A stretch of 64,000 nt of DNA from contig OZ024742.1 of the NCBI GenBank assembly GCA_964016885.1, positions 49,848,001 to 49,912,000 of the forward strand, read 5' to 3'. The notes beneath the pieces are model-generated. The model was not told where the DNA came from. It searched no databases and saw only the letters and a list, made by a program, of their open reading frames with translations. Shown piece by piece: positions 60,513-64,000 of this stretch; the first letter of the stretch is position 1; every line of letters starts with the position of its first letter. The translations under genes and the position numbers were made by a program. The stretch comes from Eledone cirrhosa (taxonomy: Eukaryota).

Positions 60513-62092
60513 GATAAAGCCTTTGACAGAGTCCCCCACTCCATTATCTGGTGGGCTCTTAGAAAACTAGGGGTAGATGAATGGCTTGTGAGAGCTATAC
60601 AAACCATGTATAAAGAAACGTTAGAATTAACAACGAATATAGTGAAGAATTTAGCGTAAAAGTTGGTGTTCATCAGGGCTCCGTCCCTAGCCCCCTCCTA
60701 TTTATTATCGCCCTCCAAGCTATAATGGAGGAGTTCAAGACTGGCTGCCCATGGGAACTTCTATACGCAGATGATCTAAAGCTCATAGCCAAATCAATGG
60801 CTGAACTAGAGAAGAAATTCCAAACATGGAAGCATGGCCTAGAATCAAAAGGCCTTAAAGTTAACTTGTCTAAGACTAAAGTCCTAATATGTAGGAAGGA
60901 GAATAGGGCACTGGTCCCATCTGGGAAATGGCCATGCTGAGTGTGTAGGAAATGAGTAGGCAGAAATTCCATTTTATGTCCCAAATGCAAAGTATGGGTG
61001 CATAAAAGATGTAGTGGGATCACAAGTAAGCTAACTTAGAATATAGATTTTATATGTGGCCGGTGCTCTGGTGCAATAAGTAGCAGCAAATGCCCACAGA
61101 ATACTAGCTCATTCGATTGCCCAGATGGTTCTATAGAGATAGTGGACACTTTCCGTTACCTGGGTGACAAAATCAGCAGTGGTGGAGGGTGCTCCGAAAG
61201 TACTGTAGATAGAGTCCGAATGGGATGGAAAAAGTTCAGAGAGCTTATATCACTATTGGCTGCTAAAGGTTTCTCTCTAAAAATAAAAGGCAGGCTGTAT
61301 GATGCCTGCATATGAACAGCAATGTTACATGGCAGTGAGACATGGGCCTTGTGTGTAGAGGATCTACGCAGACTGGAGAGGAATGAAGCTTGCATGCTCT
61401 GTTGGATGTGTAATAGTAATATATGCGAACGGCAAAGCATAAATGAACTAAGTGAGAAATTAGGAATAAGAGGGATCAGATGGTGTTTACTCGAGAGAAG
61501 ACTACGTTGGTATGGTCACGTGATGCGCATGAAAGACGACAGCTGTATAAAAACTGCAGGGCGATCAAAATAGACGGTAGCTACGGAGTAGGCAGACCCA
61601 GAAAAACCTGGGATGACTTGATAAAATCTGACCTCACACACTTAGACCTCCCCAAAACAATGTCACTGGACCGAGATCGTTGTCGCTATGTAGTAATACA
61701 GAAGACCCGCCTTGCCTAAGTACAAAGCGAAACCTACAGTCAGTAGGCACCTGTTAACCAAAATACACCCCTGTCCCGCTAACCCTACCCCCGCCGCAAT
61801 CTACACCACCCTTTCGATGTAAAGCTATGTTAGTACCACAACATCCAGTCCTAAATAAATGAGGTTGTGTAGGTGTCATGACAAAAAAACACACAGTCCA
61901 CGATGTAATGTGTCCGTGTAGGTACACATAAACGTGGTTGGTGTTAGGAAGGTCATCCAGCCGTAGAAAAGCTGCCAGACAGTCCTGAGCAAGACAACCA
62001 ATCTTGCCTCAAGTGGGACAATTCCCATCCAGACCCATGCTAGCGTGGAAGATGGACGTTAAATGATGATGATGATGATGATGATCATGATG
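60513..62092 (+). mobile_element. 5'-truncated RTE LINE (same family as 5671-7685) with complete 3' UTR and (GAT)n tail
   Basis: KAFDRVPH, HQGSVPSP, YADD (60764-60775), Cys finger, YLG, LHGSETW, GRPRKTW; stops and frameshifts present. Confidence 0.93.
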
Positions 62093-63431
62093 AAAACACA
62101 GTTGCCTGAGCTGAGATACTGTAGTATTGATTTTGGTTGTAAAACAACTGTATGCTATGACCAATGGTGTTTAAATCCTTTTATATAATAGTATTAATTT
62201 GATAGAAAGATGGAAAGTAGTTAAGATTATATAATTCCTTTTGGTAAATTTTGCAGAACCCCAAGTACAAATATATTGTTGTAGTTAATGTAATCTTTAC
62301 TCCATAATTATACCGTGAAAATTAATGTTTTGTTAAAAATTACTTTTTGTGAATTATTATACATTCTTGGTGTAAAATATGATCATCTCATTTTTGTGGA
62401 TCATTTTCTCTAAAACAATTTGCATAGAATACATATGGCATGACTAATGTACATATGGTCCTATTGACAATAATATGTGTGTGTGTATGAATTTGTCTAA
62501 TTGTTCATTTAACTACTAAAATAATGATATATCTTCCTCTTTAAATTTTCCTTCTCCTCTTTCCAACTCCTCTTTCCAACACTTTATCTATCCTTCGTTT
62601 CTTTTCTGTCAATTTTATACTACACAATTATAAACCATCGCTGGTGAAATTCTGAACCATCAAAAGTATACTTTCTTAATTTCTCTGCTTTACTGTTGAA
62701 TTGAATAAGTGAAGCAACAGCTCATGTGAATTATAGAGACGTTAATACAGAATTCCTAACACTTGGCTGCAAAACATATTAATAACATATTGAATAAAGA
62801 TTTAATCCAATTCCACCATTAGAATATACAACTTTCCTTTGATTACCAGTTCTAAATATTTCTATGCACATTCATCATTCATGACTTGGGAAACATGAAA
62901 GTCACATATTCTTAATTATTTTCTGGAAATAACATTATTAATGGGACTTTCCTACTCATTAATAATCAATGTTCATTTCTCACATTGGCACAGAGTCAGG
63001 CCTATTTGGAAAAGTACATTCAGTGGCGTTAACCCAACTATATAGCTGGTACTTATTTTATTAACTTTGGATGAATATGAGGCAAACTGAAATCTATGAG
63101 AATTTAAGGATGGTACTAAATTCTGGAAATCTTTTAGTCTGACATGTCTACCATTTCTGCAACTCAGGCACTTTATAAGAAATCAATATTTTCCACAGTT
63201 TGTGTTTCCAATATGTATCTGTATATTCCACTTATAAATATTTCAAGCAGAGTTAACAGAAATGTCAAAACATTAGACTAAACTATTAAGTTTTTTATTT
63301 CATCTTTTACATTCTGATTTCAAATATAAATGTGATTGACTTTTTTTCATTTTTACTTGGTTGATAAGCTAAAATAAGAATGGCTTTGATTAAATTGATC
63401 TAAAATGATTGTTTTCTGATCCTTCGATTTC

Positions 63432-63640
63432 AGTCAGTAAGGGTTGGTAGAATGTCAGATAACATGCTTTTGCAGTATATGTTTTGGCTTTTTACATTCT
63501 GCTTTCCAATTCTACTAGAGTCAACGTTTCTTTTCATCCTTCTAGGTCGAAATAAATTACCAATAAAGTGCTTGTGTTGATTTAATCAACTTTGCACTTT
63601 CTCTATATGTGTTGATCTCAGGCCTAAATTAGAAATCAAT
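63432..63640 (+). mobile_element. Decayed tRNA-derived SINE
   Basis: ttggtagaatgtcagataacatgct..gtcaacgtttcttttcatccttctaggtcgaaataaattacc. Confidence 0.6.
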
Positions 63641-64000
63641 GTATGTGTTTGAAAATATATAGTAAATTACCACTCACAAAATCACTAAATATATATTTTA
63701 GGTAGACTAAGTGTTACCCATAAATATTTACTTGTAAAAACTGTATGATAGTCATCCTCTTCTGATAAAATCCTTTTCTGACTTGTTTCTTCTTTTCTTT
63801 CAGGAACTCCTGATTCTGATGGAAAAGTACCAAGCATGAAAGGAAAAGCCAGTGGAAGAAGTCACCTTGCAAAAGCACAAAACATTCTATTGTGGACATG
63901 CATATTTCTGGCACTCATAAGCCACCATATTTTAAAAAATTTATGAAAGTTCATTTTCCTGTATGTGAAGGTATGCCATCCTGTATACTGCAAGTTCAAA

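Overview
Eukaryotic, very AT-rich, repeat-dense DNA, most likely an octopus or other coleoid cephalopod (inferred from the SINE families, RTE LINEs and huge (TA)n arrays). No intact host gene is supportable, and the long I/Y/M/C ORFs are translations of (TA)n/(CA)n microsatellites. The window holds decayed RTE LINEs (two carrying a PHD-like Cys finger), an internally deleted CR1/L2-like LINE, a complete non-autonomous Helitron, tRNA-derived SINEs and three Penelope-like element (PLE) remnants. The main find is a dense set of type I hammerhead ribozymes (HHRs), about 15 with complete cores plus several variant or decayed ones, from several unrelated repeat families mostly embedded in (TA)n. The best example is a young 317-bp tandem array at 14622-17270, arranged as two inverted arms, whose eight HHRs all carry the compensatory U3-A8 core (UUGAUAA) inside a long stem I. 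It is a candidate non-LTR retrozyme producing ~317-nt monomer or circular RNAs, probably mobilised by PLE machinery. All folds were derived by eye and none has been tested.
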